DNA from: Stylophora pistillata
Taxonomy: Eukaryota
Assembly (NCBI RefSeq): GCF_002571385.2
Contig: NW_019217890.1
Location: 327,307-391,306 of the forward strand
Length of the DNA stretch: 64,000 nt
Direction of reading: 5' to 3'
Shown here: positions 12,304 to 26,219 of the stretch, piece after piece
Numbering within the stretch: position 1 is the first letter of the stretch
Layout of the letters: the number at the start of each line of letters is the position of its first letter
Program-made: the position numbers and the translations under genes
Notes under the pieces: generated by a model
Databases searched by the model: none
What the model saw: the letters and a program-made list of their open reading frames with translations, nothing else
Told to the model about the DNA's origin: nothing

Positions 12304-12466
12304 GTAGTGACTCTTTATGTTTTTTCACTGTGTGTGAAAGTTTTATTTTAAGGTTGGGGATGTTGAGAAATTTCTTTAAAGGACTATATATCGTGCTTGT
12401 AAAGCCACTTGTGGAAGCACAATTTATTTTTGGCTTTCAAAGCTATCCACTTCTCATCTCTGCTGT

Positions 12467-12745
12467 GGAGAATGCAATTGCCTAACGATCAGTACAGTGA
12501 ACGCTGAGTCAAGAAGTTCCAGGTTCAAGCCCTGGCTAAGTCATTTTGTTGTGTTTATGGGCAAGATATTTTTTTCTCACAGTGCCTTCTTGGACACAGG
12601 AGTTAATACGGGCTTAGGTGAACAATTTACCCTTACACTGCCCTTCCATTCAGGAGTAAATACAGGCAAAGGTGAACTATCAGGAAGCCTGGGGAAACGC
12701 CAGTGGGTAACTTGTGGTTGAGTAGGATCTCATCCAGAAGGAGAT
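12467..12745 (+). mobile_element. tRNA-derived SINE (degenerate)
   Basis: B-box-like ggttcaagccc, followed by ttgtgtttatgggcaagat...tctcacagtgcc...catccagaaggag. The same family occurs reversed at ~48545-49690. Confidence 0.65.
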
Positions 12746-13273
12746 GGAACCTTCTGGTTTGGTTTTATCAGCCAGGTGCTTCACTGAAAATGCAATTGTT
12801 ATCAGCGCGTCCACGATAAATGCTATCCCAAAGGCAATGGATCCATGCTTTTCTTTCTGAGGAGCGATTTTCGCGCTCGTTTCGTCGTGAAATCTCCACA
12901 GCAAGACGAAACACGTGAGCATAGTGAGTGTTGTGTCTAGAGCTGTGGCGAGGACAGATGAACTGTTCATGGTGGCTAAGAGAAAGAAGGATGCCCCGGC
13001 GAAAATCACAGACACTACTAATCTCGTCATAGTCACCGCTAGCGCCATCTTTCTCCATTTCTCTCTTTCACAAACCTGTAATATTGTTTGTGGCTTAGCT
13101 TCTTCCCTGTGTTCGTCGTGAAAGGAAATGCAAGGTGATTTTTCAAAAACGCTGTCAATTTCTCCGGGATTGAACTCTGCTTTAAGGCGCATTCCAAGCT
13201 GTGGGGATGATAAGGGCGAAAGCTTCCGAGGACTGGAATTAATCACTTGTGCAGATGACTTCTTCTGTGCCAT
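12746..13273 (-). pseudogene. TMEM163-like (CDF-related Zn transporter) ORF, truncated at the 3' end
   Basis: WRKMALAVT...SSSVLATALD...VLLWRF...KEKHGSIAFGIAF...VKHL resembles TMEM163 TM1-TM3. ATG at 13273 follows an AG acceptor near 13316. Homology stops at the SINE. Confidence 0.7.
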
Positions 13274-14109
13274 GCCTCTACTGAAGATCTCTTGTGGAGA
13301 GTTGTTCACTGATATCTAGACACAGTAAGCAATGTGACTTGTTTGGAGAACCAGCAATGATTGCAATGCTATTGTGCTTTTGTTATGTAGGGTGAAAAAA
13401 AAAGTTTAAAAAAACATTTAACAAAGAAACTTGTCCGGGTTATGAGTCGTTAACCTTTACTAGCTATGATATATAAAAAAAAACATCTATTCAGGAACGT
13501 AGACGTGTTTGACATAAACTATTGAATGCGGCTCATTTGAGCTGCTAACGACTGCAAAGTTGAGGAATGTGCGTTAATATAATAACAATCCTGGGGACAC
13601 TCAAGATGAACTGAGGCATTGAGGTCAGCACCACGCTTCACTAACCTTTTTACCAGAAAGACTCCAGAAGTAACTTGTTTTGTTGTGTGTTTTCCCATGT
13701 TGTTTTAAAGTAGAGAGTTGTTAGTTATCACAGTAGTTTATATACATATAATTTTAAGCTCTCTGTTAGTGCAGTTATGTAGTAGAGGAAGACTGCTGTC
13801 GGATTGCAGCAATCTTGAAATGTTGCTCAGGGCTGAGATAGGGCACTAGGGCATTCAGGGGAATTGCGGTTTCAATTAGAGAACAGAATCTATAACCTCT
13901 TTACGAAACAATGTTCAAAGCTATTTGTATACCCCTTACTCATTGAAAGCAAAAGGTTTCTTCTTCCTACACTCGCGAAATAGTGTAATTACGGAACCAT
14001 TGTTCAAAGATCACTTAAGAGTATTTTGCATACTTCTCACTATTTGAAAGAAAAATTTTTTATTTTCTACCCATGCTCCCACCAAATCCGACATCCCAAG
14101 TTTCTATTA

Positions 14110-14760
14110 CACGACAGAAGAGAAATGCAATGCTCCTTCATCTTAATGCAAGGAAGGCTGCTTTGTCGTAGTCGTACTGTGTCCTAAATACTTTGCAATT
14201 GAGTTACATCATCTTCGTATCGGAGGGTTGGCTCTTCATAATTGGAGAAGCTCTAATTTTTTTTTAATGAAATTGACGTACACAATAAGCTTTGGAAACA
14301 AACAAATAACAATAAATTGGCTTTAAGTAAATTTTCTTTTTCTTCTTACGCTTGCGCCAAATGTTTAACATCTAGATCTTTCAGTATCAGACTACAAAAA
14401 AAAAAAAAAAGGAAAACTTCATAATGTTCCTTCATCTTACTACAGGTCTGTTTTATCTCATATTACTCTGCTTTACAAACTTTGATTCACAACATTTTCC
14501 TCAGTGTGAGATTCTGCCCGGCGTCACAACTTGAGAAGCTGTTCATTTTTTAATCTTAATGACATCCACAATAGACTTTTGAAACGAACGAATAACAATA
14601 ACGAACTAATTGAAAGAAATAATCTCGTTCTCTTTGCCCTTCCCGCCAAAATTGAGTAAATTTCTTACACGACTATAGAAACAATAATTTTCACCATACT
14701 CCTTCATCTTAATAAATGTCTGTTTTATCTTAGCACTGTGTTCTACACACTTTGTCTTTT
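14110..14760 (+). repeat. Degenerate ~280-290 bp tandem repeat (about 2.3 units)
   Basis: tccttcatctta...actttg recurs at ~14135, ~14428 and ~14700. Confidence 0.7.
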
Positions 14761-15044
14761 AAAATATTCGTAGTAGAGATCAAGCTTATTACAATTTGTG
14801 AAAAAAAAACAATAAGACTGACTCAGAAATAATGTATTTATGTGTGTATTGTGCTGTATTTGCGATACGTTCCCTACTCTCAGCGAGTAGTACGTGGGTT
14901 CTTTAAGGTCCCCATCTAAGCAACACAGACAAGATACAGAATACGGGGCTTACGGTTCATCGTCCTCATCCGAGAATACTAGATGTCTAACCATTTGCTG
15001 ATGTTATAGCAAAGGCAACACAGATCCTGAGTCAATGAATTTGA

Positions 15045-15255
15045 ATATTTGAAAATCATATATGTATACTGCGGTTTCACGTAACGTATGAAAGCGATCC
15101 TCGCGGTAATAAACCCTACTTATGTAATAATGGAAATAAGGCCTGAAAAAATTCAGGCCGGTATTGGATTTGAACCCAGGCTCTGCGATACCGGTGCAGT
15201 GCTCTACCAACTGAGCTAACAAGCCAACTGGTAGCTGGTCATTATGTTGGTTCCC
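15045..15255 (-). mobile_element. tRNA-derived SINE
   Basis: Minus strand has an A-box tagctcagttggtagagc and a B-box-like gggttcaaatcc, followed by a non-tRNA body. A 3' fragment of the same family lies at ~30863-30963. Confidence 0.75.
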
Positions 15256-15633
15256 TGAGTGTTAGTTCGATCTTTTAATAAGTCCACTCGGTCAGGAGTG
15301 TTAAGTTTTTAAAGTCCCTTCTAACCCTCCACTTCAAAATGAAAACTAAAAATAGAACTTAAATAATTTTAATACTAACAGAGAAAATATGATGTTAAAA
15401 TTAGGTTTAATTCAGATTCGGTAAGAAAGCTTTACATTTAAATGAAAACTATACTTGAAAGAAGCTTCGAAAAGAGAGACTTAAAAACTGGCCCTCGAAT
15501 AGACTTTCTTTTAAACTGTTCTCAACCGTTCTCTTGGTAATAAGCAATAGTGAATAATAATGGAACAAGTCTCTGCTTGTTTCTTTAACTACGGTATCGG
15601 TGAAGAACGAATAAACAACGGTTGGCCGATCAA

Positions 15634-16050
15634 GATAGATTGATAGTTAGATAGCTTTATTAAAAATCGCACGGCAGCCTGATAAGGCTGAATTGCCGGA
15701 TTATTTACAATATAATACTGGCTAAAATTATAAATTATATTTACAGAGCATGTTATTTACAAGTATAATACAAGAATACTACACAGACCTATTGTCTTCG
15801 GACGGCTGGTAAATATGTCTGGGGGAAACGCTTGGTGCACATTATTAGGTTAACAAACTAACGTTGATTTCAGTAAGATTATAATTAAGTAATATCATAA
15901 TGGTTCTTCGCTGGCAAAAAAGGATGAAGCACTAACTCGGTATTGGACACTATTGGTTCGAAAAATTTATTACATTGCTCGATGCGTCTATCCCTCAGTG
16001 AGTTCAGGTTAAACAATGAAAAGTGGTCGAGGTTGCTGGGTTGTCAGGCG
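15634..16050 (-). mobile_element. CR1/L2-type LINE 3' end (copy 2)
   Basis: ORF2 tail remnant, terminal stem-loop cagcc-ttatca-ggctg, AATAAA and a (ctat)n-like tail on the minus strand. Confidence 0.75.
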
Positions 16051-16242
16051 GAGAAAATTAAATTTTCTGACGCACGTTTTAATATATTCTTAAACAGGAA
16101 CGATATCCAAAAACATCTTACGAGAGACTGTTCAAGAAAAAAGGTCTTATTGGAGTACACCTTCCCCTCGTTTGAGCCTCTCCAGGACTTGAATAACCCT
16201 GAATGAATTCGAATTAAGTCAAAATTCTTTCACTAAAATGAA

Positions 16243-17166
16243 CTATATACGCAGTAATTTAGCGAATTCTCTGCGGTATTTACTGCTACGCATACAATAT
16301 ATGAGTGGATTGACTGCTGAATTACAAGCTACTAACGTCTGCGCCCAGCTAAAGGCTTTCTTAAATAGAACAAATTTCGTAGAAGGGTGAAAAATTCCCG
16401 GTAGCAGTAGCAAGGGCATCCAACATAAGGTATAAACTCCTACCACCGTTAAAATGGTTTTAGTTACCTTTTTCTCCGTCATTGTATTACCAGACCCCGG
16501 ATGTATGTTATGAATTCTGTTTTCTTGACGTTTGGCAGCGATGAAAATATATACATATACGATAATTGTTGTGATTAGTAGAGAGGAAATGTATATTGAG
16601 GCGTAAAACCTGGGAATCAAAACAGGAGAACCGTACAGGATAGCAAATATAAGAGAAATAATCCAGACAAATGCTATTCCTAAAATTGCTTTTCCTGCTG
16701 TCAGAACCGCTACGTATTGGAAAGGGAATCTAATCGCACAAACGCGATCCACTGTCATCGCAAATATGTTAGTTGCCGATGCAACCGTGGAAATATGGCC
16801 GAAGAAGCTTTTAATGATGTTAAAGTTCTTGAATTGTTCATCATCTTGAAATTTGTAATTGTGGTCATAAATTACCATGGGTAGATACACCACACACACA
16901 GACAAGTCTGAGATCGCTAAACTTGTGATGAAAAGATCAGGAACCCTGCGAAGATTTATGTTCGTGATGACCGCGAGCAGTATCAAAGAGTTCCCCAAAG
17001 TTCCGAGCGCACTAACTAAGGCGAAAATGACGGAGAGGATCACTGCTACCTCTTTACTTACTATTTCACTGATATGGAGGAACTCAAGTGTTTCCTGTAA
17101 TGGAAGAGAAGCTGTGGAATGGTTGCATCTTGTTTGGTTAAAACAGTCAAACAAACTTTCAGCCAT
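16243..17166 (-). CDS. Class A orphan GPCR (307 aa, single coding exon)
   Basis: Seven TM segments with GN, SLAISD, DRV, CWMP and NPLIY. True ATG at 17166, just after a ttgcag acceptor; the ORF track starts at an upstream TTG. Confidence 0.92.
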   Translation of the reverse strand: MAESLFDCFNQTRCNHSTASLPLQETLEFLHISEIVSKEVAVILSVIFALVSALGTLGNSLILLAVITNINLRRVPDLFITSLAISDLSVCVVYLPMVIYDHNYKFQDDEQFKNFNIIKSFFGHISTVASATNIFAMTVDRVCAIRFPFQYVAVLTAGKAILGIAFVWIISLIFAILYGSPVLIPRFYASIYISSLLITTIIVYVYIFIAAKRQENRIHNIHPGSGNTMTEKKVTKTILTVVGVYTLCWMPLLLLPGIFHPSTKFVLFKKAFSWAQTLVACNSAVNPLIYCMRSSKYRREFAKLLRI

Positions 17167-18711
17167 ACTCCTCAAATTTCTTCAACCTGCAAACTGGAAC
17201 ACAAATACAGCATCAACGGCAGTTTTATCTCCAAGCGGCCGTTTTCTTGTTTGCTTGTAACTAAACACAACTTCCATTCGAGGATAGAATTGTAGTTTTA
17301 AATTGTTAAAAATAACGATATTCAATCAAATTTTAGATTTGCTGCAAAAAAAGGTAAAAATGGGGAAAGAACGAATACGATCTATTTGTGTCCTATTTTT
17401 AGTCCTCAAACCTCGGCCTGTAGTCCGGTAGCTTCGTTCAATAAGTGCCTATGTTAAGTCCCGAGACAAATGATTTTGAGCTGATGGGTGAAATTCGAGA
17501 ATAACGATTTGGTGTCGTCATTCTGCTGTTTTCAAACGCAATTAATTGAACGATTTGTAACTTTACAGTTAAGGAAATAAAACTGATAAATTACTTTCGA
17601 TTGAATAAATGATAACCAAATAAAAGAAACTAACGATTAATAATTGATTTGCGCGGCGAAATGGGCTCAATTCTAAGTGTTGGAAGTCGACCTCGTTTTA
17701 GGCGGCCGTCACCACCAAAAATACGAGGATATCGAACACATCAGCAGACACAATAGCCGTTTAGGAGTCAGTTGTAGGACAGCAAACTACCTCTTTCTAA
17801 GCATCTATGTCAGTGGTACTCAAACATCTCTCGATATTTTTATAAGATGTCATGGTCTTTTCTGCGCTCGTCCTTATAGAGGAGTCAGCGATTTCTGAGT
17901 ATCTGTTTACACTCCCAGTCATTTAAGATTACCATGATGATGGTGGCAGGATCAATACAACACGAAGTCGAGATCAGACTAAGCTTCTCAAAGATTTGTC
18001 AATCAATAATAGGTCTTAAGTCTGTGAAATTCGGGTCGATTTATATTTACTTACAAAACAGTTCGTAAATTTTAACTAAAAATTCTAAAATATATTTTTA
18101 GTAATTACTAATAGTGCTTTTCCGCCTCCGTCCTCGTTAATCTAAGAGAGTCTAAGTGGGGTGATGGTTTTTACTGCTGACAGTTAAAACTTTGATCATT
18201 TAACGGCTAACAGTTAATTTCTTTGCATTGTTTTTTAAAAAATTTAATACTAATTTTATTTTAAGACGCACCGTTAATATTAGTCAATTTTTACGCCTAA
18301 CGGATAAATGTTTTTGCCGTTTTACGGCTAAAGATTGAACCCACGGAGGGCCTCAGCAAAGCTCTCAGGTTTACTTTAAAATGGAAAAATTAATGAATCA
18401 TTTCGGACCACGCGATTATTGCTAAAAAGCATGATTTCAATTTACTATACGGCTCTTTTTGTTAATAAAAGGAAGGTTTTAACATTATTACGTCAACGGA
18501 AAACGGAAGACGCAGAAAATTAAGTGTCTTTTTGTCTAGCCTTCAGCCGTTTACAGTAAAAATATATTCTACTGATACCTTTAACCAGAAATTTTTCTCT
18601 TGATATGTTTTTCAGGCTCAATTAACAGATTACAAGAGAAGCAAGTCAAAAGAGAAAAAAAAGAAGAAACAAAAATAATTCTTACTGCTTGGCATAAATT
18701 TTTTTTTCAAA

Positions 18712-21700
18712 CGAGACACTTACCAATGACCGAAGAAAAGAGATTGTTTATAGTCTCCTGAGTAACATGCAGCTGCATAGTTCTGAACACATTTACATCA
18801 AGTCACTTGGTGAGCTAATGTAAAGCGGCGGTGATTACAGAAGAGGAAAGTTTTTCGTGATTATACTCAAAAAGCGTCGCGCCATTAAAGAATTTCTTAT
18901 CGAGTCATTTTCAACCCGTGCCCGTGAAAACTACTTTCAACCTCACGGACTTTTTTAAAACGGAGTTGCTACTCATTGAATTCTTAATCGTAGTTAATTA
19001 ATTTAAAATTCACAAACTTAGAAAAAGCAGAAAATTTTGTTTTCGCGCTTTTCTAGTAATTCTCCGTTAACCCTTTTGCGGTTTTAGGAAGAATGATGGA
19101 TCGAAAATCCAGAATCTAGGCAAAAAGCTACCAAAATGTTAATAAACCGCGCGCCCAGATTTATATTAACTGATAAAGAACCCATTATCTGTTGAGGCCG
19201 ACTGAAAAGTAAATGTACACATTGCATAATAATTGAAATAAATTGATAGGAATCGTTTGCCTTCGCCAAATTTTAGGTACTGAATTCTTCAAGACTATGA
19301 AGAACTTTTGACTGTCTTAGGCAGCTTATCATAACAGCCGTCTCCACTGAAAACCAATTGTTGCTGACATTTGATTTTGCCATAATACGTAATCAATATG
19401 TACATGTTAGGTACAGACACCAACTTAAGTCCAGAATTGTCTTTCCAAATTTATTGTAAAACAAAAACTGTACATTAGACGGACACCTCTTTTAAGCGAT
19501 AAAGGACGTTGACAATCGAGACCCAAAACCTGTTGTAAGCGGAAACTGCGAGATGTTTTAGAATTGATTTTTTATATTTTACGAATGCTGTAAAGTTTTG
19601 AAATAATATTCTCACTGGTAAAGTGAATAAATCTAACATTTCTTTCTTGTGTTACATAGTAATCGGTCTCTTTACCTTTCCTTTCGATTTGAAATTTAGT
19701 AACAAATATCTCTTAGTAAGAGACTTTAGGAATAAGACGTCTTTTTCAAATGCTGATCTTATTTGTTCTTGCATAATATTGAGTGGGTGACGCCGAACTT
19801 TTGGACAGTTCGGCTTTGTATAACTACATTTGGGCTTTTCAACCCATTCTAAATTATTAAGCTTTATTTTTCCCGCTTAATCACGTGAGGTATATTTACA
19901 TTTTGAGATAAATGCATCTTAAAGATAGAATTTCCATGGCTGTTGAACAACTATTTTTATCTTAAAGGTGGCTGGATACAGTTTTTCCAAACTCGAAGGG
20001 CCGGTTTTTAAAACAAAGTTTAACCCTTCTCTATCCAAACCGCGCTCTAAGCAATCTTAGATCAAGCGGAAAATATAACCTAAACGTTGAGTTTTTGTGA
20101 CTCTGTCAAAAAGGCTCCTATTTAACTCAGCACTAAAAGGTAGATCTAATTACTCCAAAAGCCCCACTTATGAAGAACTTTCGAGGTCCATTGATCGTCA
20201 AAAACCGCGCTCAAATTAGACCCCGTTTCAATAACCGATCCTAACCGGCTACTAATCAGAGCTCTCAAAAACCAATTACTCCCCTTTGAAACCGAAAGAT
20301 TCTCTCGCATGTAATTACCAAAAGAGTGAGATTTAAAATTGAGGCGTGGCGTGGCAATCGCTGGAATTATATTAATGTTAAGGGGAAATCCCGTTAAAAA
20401 GCTTTTGGGAACGGTCTCGGAAAATCTGCCATCGGTTTTTTCGCAACTTTACAGTTTTTTCTTTGGGATATGGCTTTGTCAAACAGTCAAATCCAATGCT
20501 TTTTAAATGATCCTGTTTACGGGAAGAGCTATAGAGTCCTGTAGGATAAATTATACTTGTTTTCAGTTAGGACAAATTTTCTATGTTTTCTCAGCTTCTT
20601 AGAAACTAGTGTCGATAAAATACAACACTGTGGCGAATTAAGAGTATTTCCACAATAACATTTATCGGACGCTACTTCCAAGTTTATCGCATATATCATA
20701 GTTAGAGTCTATTTAACATGTTATCTGTTTGTTGAAGCAAATAAAATCCGCTCATCTCTGATGAAAAATGGATAGTGAGGTAGCTGACTCGAAGTTACAA
20801 TTTGCACGTTTTGCTTTCATATCTATTATTAATGACCAATCCAATGCTGTATTCGCAGAATTTTACCAAATGCCACACGATATTTCTTGCTTCTCATACA
20901 ATAGATGTAAGGATTAATTGCTGAATTGCTGGCCAGAAAGGTTTGAGCCCAGAAAAATCCTTTACCAAACTGAGCTGGGTTCGATGAAGGGTTGGCGATT
21001 GCTGGGAGAAGAAGCATGGGCAGCCAACACAAAGCGTACGCTCCCACGACAGTGAAAACTGTTTTGGCTACTTTCCTCTCAGCCACAGTCCTGTCCAGTG
21101 TTGACTGCGTGTTCTGAATCCTGTTTTCTGCACGTTTAGCAATGATGAAAATATAGATGTACATGACTATTGTTGCCATTAGGAGAGCTGAACAATAAAG
21201 GGCGATGTACATGTTGGACACTGATTTAGGAGCATATAGGACACCAAATGCAAGAGAGACTATCCACACGAGCAGTATTTGAACCACAGCATGTTTGGTT
21301 GTCATAAAAACGTACTTAAACGGGAATCTGATTGCAATGATGCGATCAATTGTGACTGCAAACATGTTTGAAGCGGAAGCTACCATAGACATGTGTCCGA
21401 GGAAACTTATCGCGTAATCAAAAGCTTTGCTGCCTCCATTTTCGCTGATGCTACGGGAGAAGTAATAAACGCGCATAGGTAAATACAGTGCGCACACGAA
21501 GAAGTCGGAGACAGCTAAGCTCGTGATGAAAAGGTCTGGTAACGAGCGAAAAGTTTCATTTCGCTGTACGGCGAGCATGACCAAAGAGTTTCCCAGGCAT
21601 CCTATCATACACGCCAAGGAGCTGATTATCGAGAGAATGATAGCTAAATCTCTTGTTAAGAATTCACTGAGGTCAGTGTATCCTTTTGTCGTTGCAGTTG

Positions 21701-24700
21701 TTTTCAAAAGGGGTAGACTGGTTGAACAATTCGAGCAGGTCTGGTTAAAAAGTGTCACCACCATATGTCGGTCGTTCTACAAAGCGGAAAAAGCCAAAAA
21801 AGGCCAAAAATGGTTAAGAATGAGTGAGATGAGCTACGGTTTACAAAGTATTACCGAGAAAAACCAAGAAATTAAGGATTTCTGACAAGGAAAGTAGCAG
21901 ACTTTGCCATATGCTGTGTATTTATCTATTTCTTTGTAGTTATTTAGTTATAAATAAAAGGCAACCAGTTCTAGTGACGAAACTGAAATCAAATTAGGAA
22001 GTTGGTAAAAAAAATTATTGAATTTTTTTTTTGGGGAGCAAAGAACTTAGTGTATCCGTTTGTTGTTCCAGTTATTTTCAAAATGGAGGACGGGTTGAAC
22101 TATTCCAACAAGTCTGGTTCAAAAGTAGTAGACTTTGCCATAAGCTTTGAATTAGTTTATTTCCCAAAGATCTGATGCTTTGCTACTCAGGCTTTGTTAA
22201 TGATCCAATTCGATTTAATTTCGGTCCGTATACAATCTATGGGCCTTAATCGTGATTTTTTCAGACAGGAAACTGTGTAGTGGATCGATTTTATTATCAT
22301 AGCCAAATTCAAAGCTGGAAAACAAACAAAAGGCAACCAGTTCTAGTAACAAAAATGAAATAAAATAGGAAGTTGGTAAAATACATAATTGAATCTCTTT
22401 AAGGAGGGATTAAACAGATTAAATATTTCATTTCGACGTAGAAAGGTTATTGCTTGCTTTATTTAAGGAATGAAAGTTTAATTTTTAAGGCTGCAATATT
22501 CTATTCGTCTTAATTTTTCGATGCTTTTACAGTTTCTTTTAAATTCTGGATTTTATCCTTGTTGCACTCTTGGAGGAAGTTGATTAGTCCACCCGGCATG
22601 TTTGATGGTTTCCCCACCAAGCGTCTATCTGTCTTGTTCATATCCCAACGCAGTGCGTGTGCATGAACTTACTTGAAATGATATTCATAATCAAACAAGA
22701 TTTCCACTGAGTTTGTATGTGCACTCCCTACTGCCATTTTGAACAACGAATCTGAGGCCATTTGTCCATATTTGTCCGACATAGAGCCTTTCCGAAAAAA
22801 AGGAACGAATCGGTTTTAATGCAGTTTCTAGTCCATTAGAATATTTAAAAAGCCCAACGTCCTTTTTAAAGCGTTAAAGCTTCTGAATCACATGCGTTGC
22901 AAATTTTTTTCCCGGAGTTATATTCATTTAAATGACCTTTTAAAAAAAAGGGGAAAATTCTTTGGGTAAGACTCCTTAGTGATGATTGATTAAGAACTGT
23001 AACCTGTGCTGTCCCCTTGTTTGATCATGGGGTGAATTTTTGTGAATCGCAAAAAGGGAAAACATATTCTAAATTACGAAACCGTTCTAAAAAACATTGA
23101 GAAAATTTAAAAATGCAAAGTATAGGAGCCAATTTGGCAATTTTGCCATGTCATATGCCAAATACACTGCGTGTAAGAAAAGATCAAGTTATTATTAAGT
23201 GACTCGAATATACGTATCATGTTAGCAATGAAAGTCAGCGGTCCATAAACAACGTTAGAGAGAAAACATTGAAACTTAAATCACTACACATATGATGAAA
23301 TTTTTACGGCCTTGGTTCACAGTTTACACCTGCATCGGTCTGAGAACGGTTACATCCCTTAAAAAGGTTCCAAGAAACCGTCGAATGGAAGTTCACTTAC
23401 CTCAGTAACCGTTCAGTATTCTTTTCTGCTTTTCTTAGACAATAAACAACGTCTCTATTCTGTAACGTTAAAGTAAGCTGGAAAAAAAAAAAAGAAAAAA
23501 AAATTTAAGCACAACAAAACGGGCAGACCAAAAATAAGCGGCAACTATTATTCACCCGACATCATGATCGAGAAAAAATAGTATCCTTTCTTCCAAAGGG
23601 TGTCCAGTGCTAGCTGAATGAGAGCGAACTATTTAGCTCATCGATTTTAATAACTCGTCTTTTCCATTTATCGATAACAATATTCGTACCCTTATTCAAA
23701 GATAACTTGTCGTCTAACGCTGACAAAAATATGCAGAATTAACCATATCATATCGTTGCAGCTGCACTCTGTGTTAGTTTAAGCCGATTTTAATTTTTAG
23801 ATCTTATTGGCGAATTCATTTTATGACTTATGTTAATCAGTAACATTTCCCTCCATTTCAGATAAAATTGGCTTCGCAAGTGCGAGGTGGAAATCATGAT
23901 GTATCTTCTAACAGCCTCCTACAGAGTTTGAAAGTTTCAAGGGTTCTAGGTAAAACTATATTTTAGTGAAAGTAAACGGAAACCAACAGACTGTTTTGTT
24001 TAGCAATACGAGAGAGGAGTGAGTTAATGGCGTGTCTTGCGAACAGAATAATATGTTAGTTCCACGCTTGCTGGCAGCTGTTGACAATAAAGTGACATAG
24101 TATGGTGACATATTCATTGTAACAAGGCTCATAAATGGTTTCGGTCCCTTTCTCTGTCATATAGTAGATACAAGCCTATGTATTCACATAAAAATGAAAT
24201 GCAGAGTAATTTTTAATTTTCAACCAATGTTTTGGTTCGGAGCGCAAGTTATAAATATATGATTTACTCCTTTCATTGACAGGGGTTCTATCTTCCCTCA
24301 GTGGGTTTGGTTAGAGTCTTACTGTTCCATGTAGAACGATCAGGCGTAAGTAATACCTTTCAAAACTACACTTATTATGTTGTTTATTTTTCAGACGACG
24401 TACCATTCAGAGGTGCAGCTGACAAGGAGACGATTTATTGCCCTGCCGTGGACCACAGGGCAATAAATGACCACAGGTCATATTTTTCATATTTTTGGGC
24501 CTGAAACACAAATCAAATTGTAGGCAAATGAATCACTCCCATCAAAGTGCAGAGTAGACTTGGCACCAAAGGAGACTTTACAGCTTTCTAAATCAACAAT
24601 TATCATATACACAGCTCCAATTCGAGGTGCAAGCAAAGACAAAGAAATGATGGTAACAATCGATTTGACTGCGACCGCCATGAATTAATGGTCATGACTT

Positions 24701-25265
24701 AATTGGATACTCCAAAATCAGGTTTCCGAGTAAGGACAGTAACCTATTATTATTTTTCGGCAAATAAGGATATGAAAAGTAATTTTTTGTTGTGGTCCCT
24801 ACTCGGAAACCTGATTTTTGGAGTATCCATTTACGTCACGACCATAACTTAATTTCTACTCACAACTACGCGCGAGCTGCTGTATGGAATACTATTTCAA
24901 AAATTTCTCCCGAGTCCGCGTCACCAGCCCACCTGATTAGTGTGTTTGTTTGCGGGGTAGTACTGAGAAAAGGGCATCAACGGAGAGTCTTGATCCCTTT
25001 TCGCGCACGAGTTTTCGAAAAAATTGACGCGTCACGTATATAAAAGGGGAAAATTTCAAATCTTTCTACTTGTGTACAAGGTTTCAGGGAATATCGAAGT
25101 TTTGCTTTAACAATAGTAAAATTTGAAATTGTATATCAGAGATAATTAAGGCTAATTTCCTATCACTTGAAAAACGGGAGGCCATCTACGGCCAACGGTT
25201 GATTTATTTGCGTAACGGTTGACGGAAATGTCAAACACTCAGTTATATCTTTCAGCTGGCTCCTC
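18712..25265 (-). repeat. Right arm of inverted segmental duplication
   Basis: Reverse complement of 551-5620, with extra segments at ~19665-19935, ~22710-24100 and ~24340-24485. Confidence 0.92.
20829..21764 (-). CDS. Class A orphan GPCR (311 aa, single coding exon)
   Basis: Intact 7TM ORF with GN, SLAVSD, DRI, CWLP and NPYIY; ttgtag acceptor 12 nt upstream of the ATG. Confidence 0.93.
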   Translation of the reverse strand: MVVTLFNQTCSNCSTSLPLLKTTATTKGYTDLSEFLTRDLAIILSIISSLACMIGCLGNSLVMLAVQRNETFRSLPDLFITSLAVSDFFVCALYLPMRVYYFSRSISENGGSKAFDYAISFLGHMSMVASASNMFAVTIDRIIAIRFPFKYVFMTTKHAVVQILLVWIVSLAFGVLYAPKSVSNMYIALYCSALLMATIVMYIYIFIIAKRAENRIQNTQSTLDRTVAERKVAKTVFTVVGAYALCWLPMLLLPAIANPSSNPAQFGKGFFWAQTFLASNSAINPYIYCMRSKKYRVAFGKILRIQHWIGH

Positions 25266-26219
25266 TGATTGGCTGGGCTAGGGCCCACGTTGGACGGAAA
25301 AACACTTAATCACTAATGGAACTGATGTATAAATACAACACGATATTTGAAAAGGAATCGCTTTTTAGGTAAAAAAAAAAAGATGAAATATGAACAAGCT
25401 TTTTACAGATATTAATACAATAGACTCAAATGTAATACTAATGATAGCAATGTCTGCCATAAGTCTCTAGTGCCGTAGAGCTCGAAAACCTTCCCGTGGA
25501 CTGGTAACCTTTTCCAAAATCGATGGCAAAAGTGGTCAATAACCACCACTGAGAAGCGTTCCACGACTTCGATATTGCTATGAAGTATTCTACGGGTAGC
25601 AATGTAGAGCAAACGGTCTACTGAGGTCAGCCTGTAAATCTCGACTCACAACATCAGCATCAAAGTACAAAACGACACCATAATGATGTAATAACAAAAT
25701 AATCATAAGCAGTAAAATGGCCAAGATTTTAACTGGATGATAACGCGAATTTGAGAAATAACGTTTTTAGTTTTCCATAACCATCCCCGCTTCAAAATGA
25801 TATAGAAATATACCGGATGATGACGCGAATTCGAGAAATAACTTTGTGCTTTGCCATAACCGTCTCTGCTTTGTTTTTTGTAAGCTGGGTAGATGAGGCA
25901 AATTACCGAAAATGCGGTCATGTAAGACAAACATTCAGGCGGCTTTGCCAACTAGACTTGCCGTTTGTTCTCTTGATTGCATGTCTAACTTCTTGACAAG
26001 ATAGTTGAACAATAGACAAGGGGTAACAGTAGAGAACATGTTCGCAAACCCTATAAATTTTGCGCTCCATAAATAAAGTAAAGGGATTTCCAACAATTTG
26101 TAGAGTCACACGATAAAGTGAATTCAAACAGTATCTACCAGGTTCCTTTTCAAACCTTGCAATATTAATTGGTGCCGAAGGAAAAGAAAAAAATATTGTA
26201 AACGAACGCTCGTTTTTCC

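Noticed and set aside
15160-15225. tRNA-like sequence (also ~47205-47290)
   Set aside because: No complete cloverleaf, and it continues into a repeat body; these are SINE heads.
16877-17260. Plus-strand ORFs opposite GPCRs (also 21523-21885, 32375-32863; minus-strand 2674-2880)
   Set aside because: Antisense shadows of the GPCR coding sequence.
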